64,000 nt of DNA from NCBI GenBank assembly GCA_963664675.2, contig CAXXLB010000002.1:235114-299113 (forward strand), written 5' to 3'. Source of the stretch: Petrotogaceae bacterium. GTDB taxonomy: Bacteria > Thermotogota > Thermotogae > Petrotogales > Kosmotogaceae. Both the position numbers and the translations under genes were made by a program. The stretch's first letter is position 1; every line of letters starts with the position of its first letter. Positions 17,401 through 26,519 of the stretch are shown here, in pieces. The notes under the pieces are model-generated. The model saw only the letters and a list, made by a program, of their open reading frames with translations. It was not told where the DNA came from and searched no databases.

Positions 17401-18649
17401 CGCGGAAAAAAGGACGATTGTAAAAAATCTTGTTGGTGTAAAAAGAACGACCGGACAACATCCCGGTGGATTGGTTATCGTTCCAAAAGACAGAGAAATT
17501 TATGAATTTTCTCCATATCAATTTCCCGCCAATGATAAAAATTCAAGAACATACACGACCCATTTTGCATATGAGTATATACACAACGATTTAATAAAAA
17601 TGGATGCACTGGGACATGACGACCCAACGTTTATTAAGATGCTGGGTGATCTAACAGGGGTAGATCCCACGAAGATACCCATGGACGACAGCGATACGCT
17701 TTCTATATTCAATTCTCTGGACAAATTGAATCTCCAGGCAAAAAATATAAATACCACTGTTGGAACACTGGGCGTACCGGAATTTGGTACATATTTTGTT
17801 AGAAGTATGTTGGAAGATACGAGGCCTAAATCTTTTGGTGAACTGGTTAGAATATCAGGATTATCTCACGGAACGAATGTTTGGGTTAGTAATTCAAAAG
17901 ATCTTATTGCATCAAAGAGGGTAACACTATCTCAAGTAATAGCTTGTAGAGACGATATAATGAACTACTTGATAAGTAAAAAGATAGATCCCGAAAAATC
18001 CTTTAAAATAATGGAAAAAGTGAGAAAAGGCAAAGGTTTGAATGATGAGGAAATAAAATTAATGCAAAAGTACAATGTGCCCGAGTGGTTTATCGATTCC
18101 TGTCATAAGATCAAATATCTTTTTCCAAAAGCACACGCGGCAGCTTATGTAAGTATGGGTTATAGAGTTGCATATTTTAAAGTTCATTATCCTATAGCAT
18201 ATTACGCTTCTTATTTTTCGATAAGGGGTTCGGAGTTCGATGTAAAGCTTGCAATAAACGGGGTTAGTGCTATTAATAATGAATTATCAAGGTTGAGGGC
18301 CCTTTCGGATAAAAATGTTAAGGACTTTTCAAGAGAATCGTGTTTGGAGGTAACGAGGGAAATGCTTCTCAGGGGGTACAATTTTTTACCGGTTGATCTT
18401 TATAAATCGGAAGCGAATAATTTTGTTATAGAAGATGAAAAATATCTGCGTATTCCTTTTAACAGATTACCAAATTTGGGAACCAAGGCCGCTTTTTCAA
18501 TAATTGATGAGAGAGACAAAAGACCTTTCAGTTCTGTTGAGGATCTTTTGAAAAGAACACTTGTCAATAAAACAGCCCTTGAGGTTTTGCGTGAATTCGA
18601 TTCATTGAAAGGGATGCCAGAACTTGATCAATTGAATCTTTTTGGGTAA
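14438..18649 (+). CDS. polC: DNA polymerase III PolC-type alpha subunit
   Basis: 1403 aa. Contains a PHP region (ELHLHTKMS), an inserted 3'-5' exonuclease (VFDLETTG, HNANFDYSF, HRASEDA), a Zn-finger CPNC...CPHC and the polymerase core. The start is uncertain: GTG at 14438 or TTG at 14447. Confidence 0.95.
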   Translation: MKKLVISLELKNRELSDLYEKITGYLPDENYNELKVEKININTNRREIVFYVQKRNKELNLEKLNDEFKGFFKKNFNSFVKVIDLENRNENMEFNIESFYEMLPRILVDNLMVSKVELKEDKFFIGCPNEFIKDFIIKHEKELEENLQKYFSRSISYKIYLEENKLKEEDIIPPEIAKEIRTVKKEKSKKIILGRRINEIPRPLNRINENDQKVTVSGEIVEIDSRTGRFNVITFVLTDYTSSITCKAVGEDAKILIDNLSEGDEVIIRGFLDNNDKYIKERYISVKDLSKSSLKKRKDLSEEKRVELHLHTKMSMVDATTDIKKLFKTLKDWGHDSVALTDHGVVQSIPEFYFTAKEFDIKPIFGMEGYLVNDSEPIYKYFTDERMRMDEAVYTVFDLETTGFESIDNEIIEVGAVKMQGEKIIETFSAFVKPKQEIPQKVTEITGINYEMVKDAESDEKVLRDFLDFSKNTILVAHNANFDYSFIKNVIRSKINDEWDMPIIDTLILSRSLVNLKSHSLDRLINYFKLGDFEHHRASEDARVTAQMFLKLQEIAKKKGIEKIWDFDSLRNKEAYKKAPRYHITMLAANETGLKNLYKLVSISHTEDFYFTPRVFKSILDKYRNGLLIGSACVSGLLSQTYLSSVSEKELEETAKYFDYIEIMPLDIYGGVKKETMKDMYIEFYRIGKKFNIPVVMTGDVHYIEPHEELFRSVIQAAEKGREKTFDKQPPLYLRTTEEMLEKAYEIFEDEKIAKEIVIDNTRKIVSRIKELVPVKGVLNPPKIDGAEEKVRNITYETARKIYGEPLPEIIQERIEVELHAIIDNGYAVLYLIAADMVKKSNEDGYIVGSRGSVGSSLVANLMGITEVNPLLPHYVCPNCKYSEFIEEPYYESGYDLPRKECPHCGMDLQKNGQRIPFETFLGFGGGKVPDIDLNFSGEYQERAHRFLEEMFGRDHVFRAGTIGTLAEKTAYGFINAYTELKGTYFTNAEKRTIVKNLVGVKRTTGQHPGGLVIVPKDREIYEFSPYQFPANDKNSRTYTTHFAYEYIHNDLIKMDALGHDDPTFIKMLGDLTGVDPTKIPMDDSDTLSIFNSLDKLNLQAKNINTTVGTLGVPEFGTYFVRSMLEDTRPKSFGELVRISGLSHGTNVWVSNSKDLIASKRVTLSQVIACRDDIMNYLISKKIDPEKSFKIMEKVRKGKGLNDEEIKLMQKYNVPEWFIDSCHKIKYLFPKAHAAAYVSMGYRVAYFKVHYPIAYYASYFSIRGSEFDVKLAINGVSAINNELSRLRALSDKNVKDFSRESCLEVTREMLLRGYNFLPVDLYKSEANNFVIEDEKYLRIPFNRLPNLGTKAAFSIIDERDKRPFSSVEDLLKRTLVNKTALEVLREFDSLKGMPELDQLNLFG

Positions 18650-18659
18650 TATTTATTAT

Positions 18660-19727
18660 ATGGAATTCAGTATAAAAAATGTTGATTTGATAAGAATTAT
18701 TGAGATATGTGAAAATTTTTCGGGTACGATAGAGCCTGGGTACAGGTTCATGAGTCTGTATTACAATAAAGGACTGAAAATCTTTTCATCTGAAGGATGT
18801 GCAAAGATCGAAATAAACTTTCCAACGGTTAATATAGTCCCTTTTAGCGGGACATACATAATTTCGATAGATTACATAAAATCCCTGGTAGACAAAAAAG
18901 GTTCCGATGATGAGTACATTTCTTTTCAGGGAGATAAAAGGGATCTCAGAATTAAGACCTCTGAGGACCAATTGATTTTAAAAAATTGCTGTTTGGAAGG
19001 ATTTCCCGAAATGGAAAGAAAATTCGAAAAATTGTTTAAAATAAGTCGAAGAGATTTTATTGATAAATTAAATTTTGTTTCTTCTATTAATTATGATGAA
19101 GTACCTGCTGATATTGAAAGAATAGGGGACAAAGTATTATTTTCGAGTAATAGTGGAAATATAACTCTTCTATCTTTTTATGAGTATTCTTTTGAAAAAG
19201 ATGATAATTTCAATTTTGTTTTACCATACACCACTTCCAGGCATTTAGTGAAATCAATGGAAAAGATAAAAACCGAAGAGCTTTTTTTTGGAGAAGGAAT
19301 TTCTGAGGGTGGTATAAAAACAGGTAAAATTCTCATTTCTTTTTGTACTGATAAAAATCTTCATGAATCTAGTTTTAAAGATCTGGAAATTTTTAATGAT
19401 AGACAATCAAGAGTAATTAAGAAAAAGGTTTTTTCGGATTGTTTAAAAAAGGTGGGTAATTTTATCAGAAGAGGATATAAAGCTATCTTGATATCGGATA
19501 AAGATGGCTTAAGAGTTTATTTGAAATTGGGTGAAACGGAATTTCAAACGTTTATCTCAAGAGATAGATTCGAAGATTTTGTAACCATAATTCAACCACA
19601 TTTATTGCGTTCTGCCATAAGCAGATTAAAAACACAAAATCTTTATCTCTTTAAAAGAGGAGATTTTCTGTATATTTCTAACAAAAACAGAGAAAAAGTG
19701 ATAATAATACCTATAATGAAAAATTAA
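18660..19727 (+). CDS. hypothetical protein, possibly a divergent DnaN (beta sliding clamp)-like fold
   Basis: The ATG is 10 nt after the polC stop. 355 aa is about clamp length. N-terminal, middle and C-terminal segments resemble DnaN as I recall it (see findings). No search was done. Confidence 0.45.
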   Translation: MEFSIKNVDLIRIIEICENFSGTIEPGYRFMSLYYNKGLKIFSSEGCAKIEINFPTVNIVPFSGTYIISIDYIKSLVDKKGSDDEYISFQGDKRDLRIKTSEDQLILKNCCLEGFPEMERKFEKLFKISRRDFIDKLNFVSSINYDEVPADIERIGDKVLFSSNSGNITLLSFYEYSFEKDDNFNFVLPYTTSRHLVKSMEKIKTEELFFGEGISEGGIKTGKILISFCTDKNLHESSFKDLEIFNDRQSRVIKKKVFSDCLKKVGNFIRRGYKAILISDKDGLRVYLKLGETEFQTFISRDRFEDFVTIIQPHLLRSAISRLKTQNLYLFKRGDFLYISNKNREKVIIIPIMKN

Positions 19728-20125
19728 GTATATATAAAATCAACATCGTAATCAATTTTTGCGACAGAAGATATTGTGCTGAATACGGAACAATATTTGG
19801 CCGCTAAATCAACGGCCTGAATCAACCCCTTTTCTTTTTCGGCATTTGTGATGATTATATTTATTTTGACTTCTTTAAGCGTTGTCGGAATTTCTTCTCT
19901 TTTTTCTCCCGATATTTTTATTTCTACGGATTTAAAATCTATTCTTTTTTTATTGGCGATTCCTAAGAAAGTTGCATAAAGGCAGGAGCCCAATGATCCC
20001 AGGAGCATATCATAAGGTACGACTTCTCCCTTTTCGATTCCTATTTTTATTTCTCCATTTTTTGCATACAATATGCCTTTAAATTTGTTTGAAAATTCCA
20101 GTTTTACATTTGTTTTTGCACCCAT
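19724..20125 (-). CDS. OsmC/Ohr family protein
   Basis: 133 aa. PYDMLLGSLGSCL and a second Cys in AAKYCSVF are spaced as in the OsmC family. Confidence 0.75.
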   Translation of the reverse strand: MGAKTNVKLEFSNKFKGILYAKNGEIKIGIEKGEVVPYDMLLGSLGSCLYATFLGIANKKRIDFKSVEIKISGEKREEIPTTLKEVKINIIITNAEKEKGLIQAVDLAAKYCSVFSTISSVAKIDYDVDFIYT

Positions 20126-20137
20126 TAAAAATCTCCT

Positions 20138-20443
20138 CTATACATATTCTTCAAAAATAAATTTAAGAAGATCCATTGTATTTTCCTTTCCGGTGTTTCC
20201 TATTAAGATCAGATAGAATCTTTGAAAATCTAAAAGCATAGGAATTACGGTTACAGGAATATTGTTAACATTTGTTGTGCTTCTTGAATTTGTTCCTCTG
20301 GCCAGAGAGATGGACATTGGAGGAATTTTTACCGGGGGTAAATCCAGGATGGGAATTTCATTTTCATCGAGCACATAAACATCTAAACCTGTACTTATTT
20401 TCAATTTAGAAATTAATTCAATAATTCTATCTGTAATATTCAA
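20138..20443 (-). CDS. hypothetical protein
   Basis: 101-aa ORF tightly packed between the QueH-like and OsmC genes. No motif recognised. Confidence 0.45.
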   Translation of the reverse strand: MNITDRIIELISKLKISTGLDVYVLDENEIPILDLPPVKIPPMSISLARGTNSRSTTNVNNIPVTVIPMLLDFQRFYLILIGNTGKENTMDLLKFIFEEYV

Positions 20444-20447
20444 GGGA

Positions 20448-21245
20448 TCATCTCCTAATTTCTACTCGGCAACTGTAACCAGGACATTTTAACCATTTAG
20501 AATATAATTCAAGTTTTCTTGAATTATATTCATCTATAATGAGTTTACCAGGTTTTACTATTCCTAACAATTGTTTTAAGTTCGTCAGATGAGGAGGTAA
20601 ATAATCGGAATAAACGAGGGATTTACCTCTGAATTTCCATAAATTTTTAAAAGAAAAAAAATGCTCGTATAAATTTTTAAAGTCCTTTTTATCTCTTTCT
20701 ATACTTTTTAAATTTTGATTTATGAGTCCGTATAAACAACCGCAATAATTCTGTATATAAATTTTCTCCTTCATTTGATTTCTGGCAAGTGATTGAGGAA
20801 ATATTTTTTTGTAATTTTCAGAAAAGAACTTTATTTTATATTTTTTCGAGATCTCATTACCTATGGAAGAAATTTTTTCATAGATCTTTTTGGGACTTGC
20901 CATTAAAGTGGTAGAAAAGGAATAATAATTATTTTCCAGGGCCTTTTTCGCAGTATTTTCCAACCTGAGTTGAATACACTTCTCGCATCTTGATGAATTT
21001 TCTTCCTGCCTGTAAAATTCTTTTGTCTTTTCTATAAAAAAATTTTTATCGTATGTACTTTCAATTTTTTTTAAATTAAATTCATTATTCAAAAAATCCA
21101 CATCACGATATCTTTTGATATATTCTTCGTATGGAAATATATTTGGATTATAAAAATATGTTTTTATTTCCAGTTTTTTGTTTTCAATAGCTTTTAATGT
21201 TACATATTCATCAATCGCACAGCATATATGTAAAAATAATTTCAT
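20448..21245 (-). CDS. queH: epoxyqueuosine reductase QueH-like (DUF208) protein
   Basis: LHICCA at the N-terminus, CEKCIQLR in the middle, and QNYCGCLYG. The N-terminal motif reads CCAID rather than the CCAPC I recall for this family. Confidence 0.6.
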   Translation of the reverse strand: MKLFLHICCAIDEYVTLKAIENKKLEIKTYFYNPNIFPYEEYIKRYRDVDFLNNEFNLKKIESTYDKNFFIEKTKEFYRQEENSSRCEKCIQLRLENTAKKALENNYYSFSTTLMASPKKIYEKISSIGNEISKKYKIKFFSENYKKIFPQSLARNQMKEKIYIQNYCGCLYGLINQNLKSIERDKKDFKNLYEHFFSFKNLWKFRGKSLVYSDYLPPHLTNLKQLLGIVKPGKLIIDEYNSRKLELYSKWLKCPGYSCRVEIRR

Positions 21246-21250
21246 ACTTT

Positions 21251-22045
21251 TCAGAATGTTATATAATCGTGTATTTTTTGTATGGTTGCATTGTCGATTC
21301 CATTTATATTTTTTAATTCTTCCTCATCATGTATTTTTCCGAAAATTTCTCTGTATTTAACTATTCTATTAGAAAGTATACCATCAATACCGGGGATTTC
21401 TCTAAGTTCTTCAACGTTGCATTTATTTATATTTATCTTCGGTATATAATCTTTTTTTATAGTACCTGAAGAGTTGTAAGTACGTGATATACATATTTTG
21501 TTTTTTAAATTTTCCAGGGTTTTTTCTCCTATCCCGTTTACTTCAAGTAATTCCTCCGGTTTTGTAAATTTGTGATTTTTTCTGTAATTTAGAATATTTT
21601 TTGCCTTTACTTCGCCTATACCCGGAAGTGATTGCAATTCCTTATTTGATGCAGTGTTTATGTTTATCAGATTTTCATTTTTGAATGTACTTTGACCGGT
21701 TTCTTCTATACAAATAAGATCTTTCATTTTTGAGAGGGTGGATTCTCCAATTCCCTTCACGAGGAGTAAATCATTAAGATTTGAAAATTTACCGAGTTCT
21801 TCTCTTTTTTCTAATATTAAATTTGCTTTGCTCTCTCCAATACCGGGAAGTTTTATTAAAGTTTTCAGGTCGGCTTCATTTATATCTATGGGGAAAATTT
21901 GTTCGTTATCCTCAGAATTATTTTCTAAAACCTTTTCAGGTTTTTGATTTAAGTTATCTAAAGAATTCACCAGAACGAGGGCAATTATAAGGGAAAAAAG
22001 AATTACCCCGATAAAACGGGCTTCCCTTAAAGTGATTTTTTTCAT
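21251..22045 (-). CDS. comEA: ComEA family helix-hairpin-helix DNA-binding protein (three HhH modules)
   Basis: N-terminal TM anchor. L(P/R)(G/E)IPGIG(E)..A..I(L/V).(Y/K)R occurs three times, each followed by (V/I)(K/N)GIGE(S/K)TL. Confidence 0.8.
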   Translation of the reverse strand: MKKITLREARFIGVILFSLIIALVLVNSLDNLNQKPEKVLENNSEDNEQIFPIDINEADLKTLIKLPGIGESKANLILEKREELGKFSNLNDLLLVKGIGESTLSKMKDLICIEETGQSTFKNENLININTASNKELQSLPGIGEVKAKNILNYRKNHKFTKPEELLEVNGIGEKTLENLKNKICISRTYNSSGTIKKDYIPKININKCNVEELREIPGIDGILSNRIVKYREIFGKIHDEEELKNINGIDNATIQKIHDYITF

Positions 22046-22590
22046 TCTTTTATTTGAGATCTTTCAAATTCAGTGGAAAGAATATCCATATATATGATAT
22101 CGTGATATTTTCCAGCGTAGAAATAAGCCTTTCTCCTTTTTCCTATGCTTTTAAAACCACATTTTTGATAACAATTGATAGCCCTTACATTGTAAGAAAA
22201 AACTCTCAGCATAATATTTTTCAAATTTAATATATTGAAACTGTAATCAAGCAGAAGGCCTATAGCTTCTGTACCATATCCTTTGCTAAGAAAATCTTTG
22301 TTGCCTATAAATATTCCAAGTTCTGCCGATCTGTTTATATTGCTTATATCCATAAGCCCAATATTTCCTATCAGTTTATCTGTTTCGCAATCTATAATTG
22401 CGTAATTGTGACCCTTGGATAAGGTTTCCAGCGCTTTTTTCTCAGATTCCAGGGTAATATTAACTGAAGAAAGTGATAAGTATTTAGTTATATTTAGATC
22501 GTTTAACCACTCAGTATATTGGTCAAAATCATTTTCGTTTATTGGTGAAAGATAACATTTTTTCCCGGAAATTTTTTTGAAATATTTCAT
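22042..22590 (-). CDS. GNAT family N-acetyltransferase (RimJ/RimL-like)
   Basis: 182 aa. Contains the GYGTEA acetyl-CoA loop region and the usual GNAT length and pattern. Confidence 0.8.
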   Translation of the reverse strand: MKYFKKISGKKCYLSPINENDFDQYTEWLNDLNITKYLSLSSVNITLESEKKALETLSKGHNYAIIDCETDKLIGNIGLMDISNINRSAELGIFIGNKDFLSKGYGTEAIGLLLDYSFNILNLKNIMLRVFSYNVRAINCYQKCGFKSIGKRRKAYFYAGKYHDIIYMDILSTEFERSQIKE

Positions 22591-22871
22591 TATGTGTCCC
22601 TCTTTCTTAGGCTCATATAAACGAGTTATATTAAACTCACCTGTTCTACTATAAACCTTTCTTTCCGATTTTCATAAAAATCGTATATATTTATTATATT
22701 AAGTAAAATCTTTTCTTGCAACCTTTACAATTCGTGATATTGCAAATAAATATCTTATGTTTTCAAGAAATGCGTATTATTTTAGAGGGAATAGTGAAGT
22801 GACAGAAATGATTTGCCAATAACATATTCATATTTCCCGCTTTCCGGTCCTATAATATGATTTTGAAGAAT

Positions 22872-22900
22872 AAAAAAGCACCATTACCGGGAGGTAATGG
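22872..22900 (-). terminator. rho-independent terminator on the minus strand
   Basis: Minus strand reads CCATTACC-TCCC-GGTAATGG, then TGC and T6. Confidence 0.55.
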
Positions 22901-23441
22901 CGATACATGAAAAAGATAGTAAAGTTAGTATTTTTTATTATACCAAACATGCCATTTAAAAATTGACACAAAAAAATTAAAGAAGATATTTCTTCTTTTC
23001 ATAAAAATATTTGAAATTTAGGAAGTATGATTATAAAACGTTGTTATCAACTTCTAAATCGGCAATATTTCTATTAATTTTTGGTTGCTTTGTTTTCTTT
23101 TCATCTTTGCATTGATTTTCTGAAAAAACCATAAATCCACCTCAATATATATGATTTATTTTAGTTTTTTCCATATTATGACCTGCAAAAAACAATTTTG
23201 TAAATGATAGTTTTTTTATTGAACTAGTAATTGGGCTGAAAATAGACAATTATATTTGTTCCACCCCTTAAAAGGGAAATTTTAACAGTAAAATTTTTAT
23301 ATATTATTTTGAATTTTATGAGAGTTCAAAAACAATCTGAGGAATTTGAAAAAACTCTTTGGTATGGGAAAAATTGCATTTTAATTTTTAGGTGAAAAAT
23401 TTATAATCGGAAATTTTATTTTTAAAGATTTGAACCAAAAT

Positions 23442-23470
23442 AAAAAACGCCCTTTGAGAGGACGTTTTTT
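23442..23470 (-). terminator. terminator downstream of the tRNA cluster
   Basis: Minus strand reads AAAAAACGTCC-TCTCAAA-GGGCGTTTTTT (one mismatch). It starts 23 nt after the tRNA-Gly 3' end. Confidence 0.65.
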
Positions 23471-23492
23471 ATACGAGATAATATTATTTAAT

Positions 23493-23567
23493 TGGAGCGA
23501 AAGACGGGATTCGAACCCGCGACCCCCTGCTTGGCAAGCAGGTGCTCTACCACTGAGCTACATTCGC
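23493..23567 (-). tRNA. tRNA-Gly (anticodon GCC)
   Basis: Reverse complement reads GCGAATGTAGCTCAGTGGTAGAGCACCTGCTTGCCAAGCAGGGGGTCGCGGGTTCGAATCCCGTCTTTCGCTCCA. Cloverleaf fits, the anticodon loop is TTGCCAA, and CCA is encoded. Confidence 0.88.
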
Positions 23568-23591
23568 ATACCCTTTCACGAGTGGCAAAAC

Positions 23592-23679
<88 letters not shown>

Positions 23680-23755
23680 TGGTGACTCGCCCGGGGCTCG
23701 AACCCGGGACCCCTTGATTAAAAATCAAGTGCTCTGCCTTCTGAGCTAGCGAATC
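23680..23755 (-). tRNA. tRNA-Lys (anticodon TTT)
   Basis: Reverse complement reads GATTCGCTAGCTCAGAAGGCAGAGCACTTGATTTTTAATCAAGGGGTCCCGGGTTCGAGCCCCGGGCGAGTCACCA. The anticodon loop is TTTTTAA. Confidence 0.88.
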
Positions 23756-23955
23756 AAACGAGTGTTATAACTCATTAGCGAAAACATTATATCATCTAAA
23801 AAAAGATAATGCAACAATAATTCCGAACATAAAAAAATATATTATCTCATTTTATAATTGTCTAAAACAAAAGGATATAAACATCCCAAAATTATCTTTA
23901 ATTTTCTATTATGATATAATATTTCTGAATTTTGTATATTTTTCTGGAGGGATAA

Positions 23956-24759
23956 TTGAAAAATAAAATTTCCGATTTTAGGATTTTGCTTTTGTTTTTT
24001 TTAACAACCTTTATCCTTTCATGGTTGCTATGGATTCCTTCTGCTCTGAATTCAAATAGAATGAATACAGACGGTACTTTTCTTTTTTTGGGAATATTTG
24101 CGAATTTCATGCCATTTTTTTCCGCTTTCGTTATTACAGGGATATTTTATGGAAAATCCGGTATTAGAAAATTATTGAAAAAGGGATTCAGAATGGAATT
24201 CAATAATCAAATTCTCTTTTTTATTTTTGGATTGCCTCTAACAATAGCATTCGTTGGTTATATTTTTTCTCTTTTTTTTAATCAAAATCTTTATTCGGAT
24301 TTTTTGACGAATCCTTTATCCGTATTTCCAACCTTCTTCATATTGTTTTTCACAGGAGGAGCAATAGGCGAAGAATTCGGGTGGAGAGGTTTTGCGTTGG
24401 AAAAACTTCAAAAGAAGTTTAATGCCTTCAATTCAAGTTTGATTTTAGGAATACTCACCAGTCTCTGGTGTTTGCCACTTTTTTTCGTTATGGGAACTGT
24501 TCAATACTATGTTCCAATATGGGAATTTATCATTTTAACTATGACCATCTCATTGATTTACACGTGGATATATAATAATTCTAAAGGAAGTGTTCTGGCT
24601 ACCATTCTATATCATAATATGATCAGTCTTACGGCGTGGATGTTCCCCTTCTGGAAAATTGCCATAGGAAGATATATAGTGTTTTTACTCAATTTGGTGA
24701 TTGTTTTGTATTTAGTAAAAGTTTATGGGTATAAAAAATTGGTTAAAAATGAGTCATAA
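23956..24759 (+). CDS. CPBP family intramembrane glutamic endopeptidase (CAAX protease/Abi-like)
   Basis: Polytopic membrane protein with the EEFGWRGF motif and a later H..(N) motif region (YHNM). Confidence 0.8.
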   Translation: MKNKISDFRILLLFFLTTFILSWLLWIPSALNSNRMNTDGTFLFLGIFANFMPFFSAFVITGIFYGKSGIRKLLKKGFRMEFNNQILFFIFGLPLTIAFVGYIFSLFFNQNLYSDFLTNPLSVFPTFFILFFTGGAIGEEFGWRGFALEKLQKKFNAFNSSLILGILTSLWCLPLFFVMGTVQYYVPIWEFIILTMTISLIYTWIYNNSKGSVLATILYHNMISLTAWMFPFWKIAIGRYIVFLLNLVIVLYLVKVYGYKKLVKNES

Positions 24760-25300
24760 AGATAAATATAGTTTCTACATTTATTTTTTCAGATGTTTTT
24801 TTGTGATTGTTCTCCTGTACAGTATTTTTAATGACAATTTGTATACGGTTGTCCCTTCCTTTTTTTCTCTGTTCATTGGTTTTTTATCCAGAGAAAATCT
24901 AAGTTTTCTGGATAGAATAAAAATTCTTCAGATAATAGTAGTTTCCTTTTTCATATCCTTTTTTTTATTGATAATAACGGATTTTTTCCCCATCAGTTTA
25001 TGGTGGTGGGATTTAATGCTCCATACTCTATTCGGATTCATGCTGGGATTTCTTGGATATCTTCTTCTTTTTTTGCTGGATAAGGATAGCAAATCATATA
25101 TTTTGATTGCTCTTTTTGTGATCATGTTTTCTACATTTTCCGGATTCGTTTGGGAATCCTATGCTTATATAAGTGATTTGATTGTTAAGAGTGAAGCTAT
25201 AAGAACCCTGGATGACACGATCACCGACATGATGGCCGATGCTGTGGGAGGATCTATAGCGTGTTTATACGTTATTTTCAGATTAAAAAAGAATATTTAG
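24725..25300 (+). CDS. hypothetical integral membrane protein
   Basis: About 5 hydrophobic segments and no recognised motif. The true start may be the ATG at 24749. Confidence 0.5.
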   Translation: MGIKNWLKMSHKDKYSFYIYFFRCFFVIVLLYSIFNDNLYTVVPSFFSLFIGFLSRENLSFLDRIKILQIIVVSFFISFFLLIITDFFPISLWWWDLMLHTLFGFMLGFLGYLLLFLLDKDSKSYILIALFVIMFSTFSGFVWESYAYISDLIVKSEAIRTLDDTITDMMADAVGGSIACLYVIFRLKKNI

Positions 25301-25377
25301 CTTTAGAAACTATTTCGACAGAAAAATCATTTTTGATATAATTGAATACGAAGAATCGATAAAGGAGAGTGTAACCT

Positions 25378-26502
25378 ATGAAATACAGAACGTTGGGAAA
25401 AACAGGTGAAGTTGTTTCGGTACTTGGGTTCGGATGTATGAGACTTCCTACGGGGAAAGATGGGGAAATCGAAAGAAGAGAAGCAAAAAAAATGATTCAA
25501 TATGCCATCGAAAATGGAATAAATTATTATGATACCGCCTATCCTTATCACAAAGGTGAAAGTGAGCCTTTTGTTGGAGAAGTTCTTGAAAATGGCCTGA
25601 GAGAAAAAGTTCTGTTGGCAACCAAGTATCCAAGCTGGTTGACCAAAAAATACGATGATTTTAACTATTTTCTTGAAGAACAGTTGAAAAGGTTGAAAAC
25701 GGATTATTTTGATTTTTATCTCATTCATTCGATAAACAGAAATTTTTGGGAAACCATGAAAGAAAATGGATTGTTCAAATTTCTCGAAAATTTGAAAAGA
25801 GATGGAAGAGTGAAACATATAGGTTTTTCCTTTCATGATGATTTAGATCTTTATAAGGAGATAGTTGACAGCTTTGATTGGGAATTTTCACAAATTATGT
25901 ATAACTATTATGATACAGATTTTCAGGCGGGGCAGGAAGGGCTAAAATACGCTTATGATAAAGGAATGGGTATAGTCATAATGGAACCTCTCAGAGGGGG
26001 AAAATTGGTGAATAACATTCCCAAAGATATCAATGGTGAATGGGACAAAGCAAAAATCAAAAGAACGCCGGTTGAATGGGCTTTAAAATGGCTCTGGAAC
26101 GATCCCAGAATATCCATCGTGCTCAGTGGGATGTCTTCAATGGAACAACTGAGGGAAAATGTTGAAATTGCTAATAGAGCTGAAAAAAGCGAATTAACGG
26201 TGGAAGAGTTAAAGTTAATAAATAAAGTCAGAGAGCTTTATAAATCTAAAATTCAAGTTCCGTGCACCGACTGCAAATACTGCATGCCCTGTCCGTCAGG
26301 AGTAAATATTCCGGAGTGTTTCACGCAATACAACAATGCGTTCATTTTTAATGATGAAGAAGGTTCCAGAAAGTCATATTTGCAATTCATCAAAGATGAA
26401 AATAAAGCTTCCAATTGTATACAATGCAAATTATGCGAAACGAAATGTCCCCAACAAATTATTATTTCCGAAGAGTTGAAAAAAGGTAGTGAATTTGTTT
26501 GA
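25378..26502 (+). CDS. aldo/keto reductase with a C-terminal 4Fe-4S ferredoxin-type domain
   Basis: AKR N-terminus MKYRTLGKTGEVVSVLGFGCMRL. Cys clusters CTDCKYCMPCP and CIQCKLCETKCP near the C-terminus. Confidence 0.85.
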   Translation: MKYRTLGKTGEVVSVLGFGCMRLPTGKDGEIERREAKKMIQYAIENGINYYDTAYPYHKGESEPFVGEVLENGLREKVLLATKYPSWLTKKYDDFNYFLEEQLKRLKTDYFDFYLIHSINRNFWETMKENGLFKFLENLKRDGRVKHIGFSFHDDLDLYKEIVDSFDWEFSQIMYNYYDTDFQAGQEGLKYAYDKGMGIVIMEPLRGGKLVNNIPKDINGEWDKAKIKRTPVEWALKWLWNDPRISIVLSGMSSMEQLRENVEIANRAEKSELTVEELKLINKVRELYKSKIQVPCTDCKYCMPCPSGVNIPECFTQYNNAFIFNDEEGSRKSYLQFIKDENKASNCIQCKLCETKCPQQIIISEELKKGSEFV

Positions 26503-26519
26503 AAACAGAGGAGGAAAAC

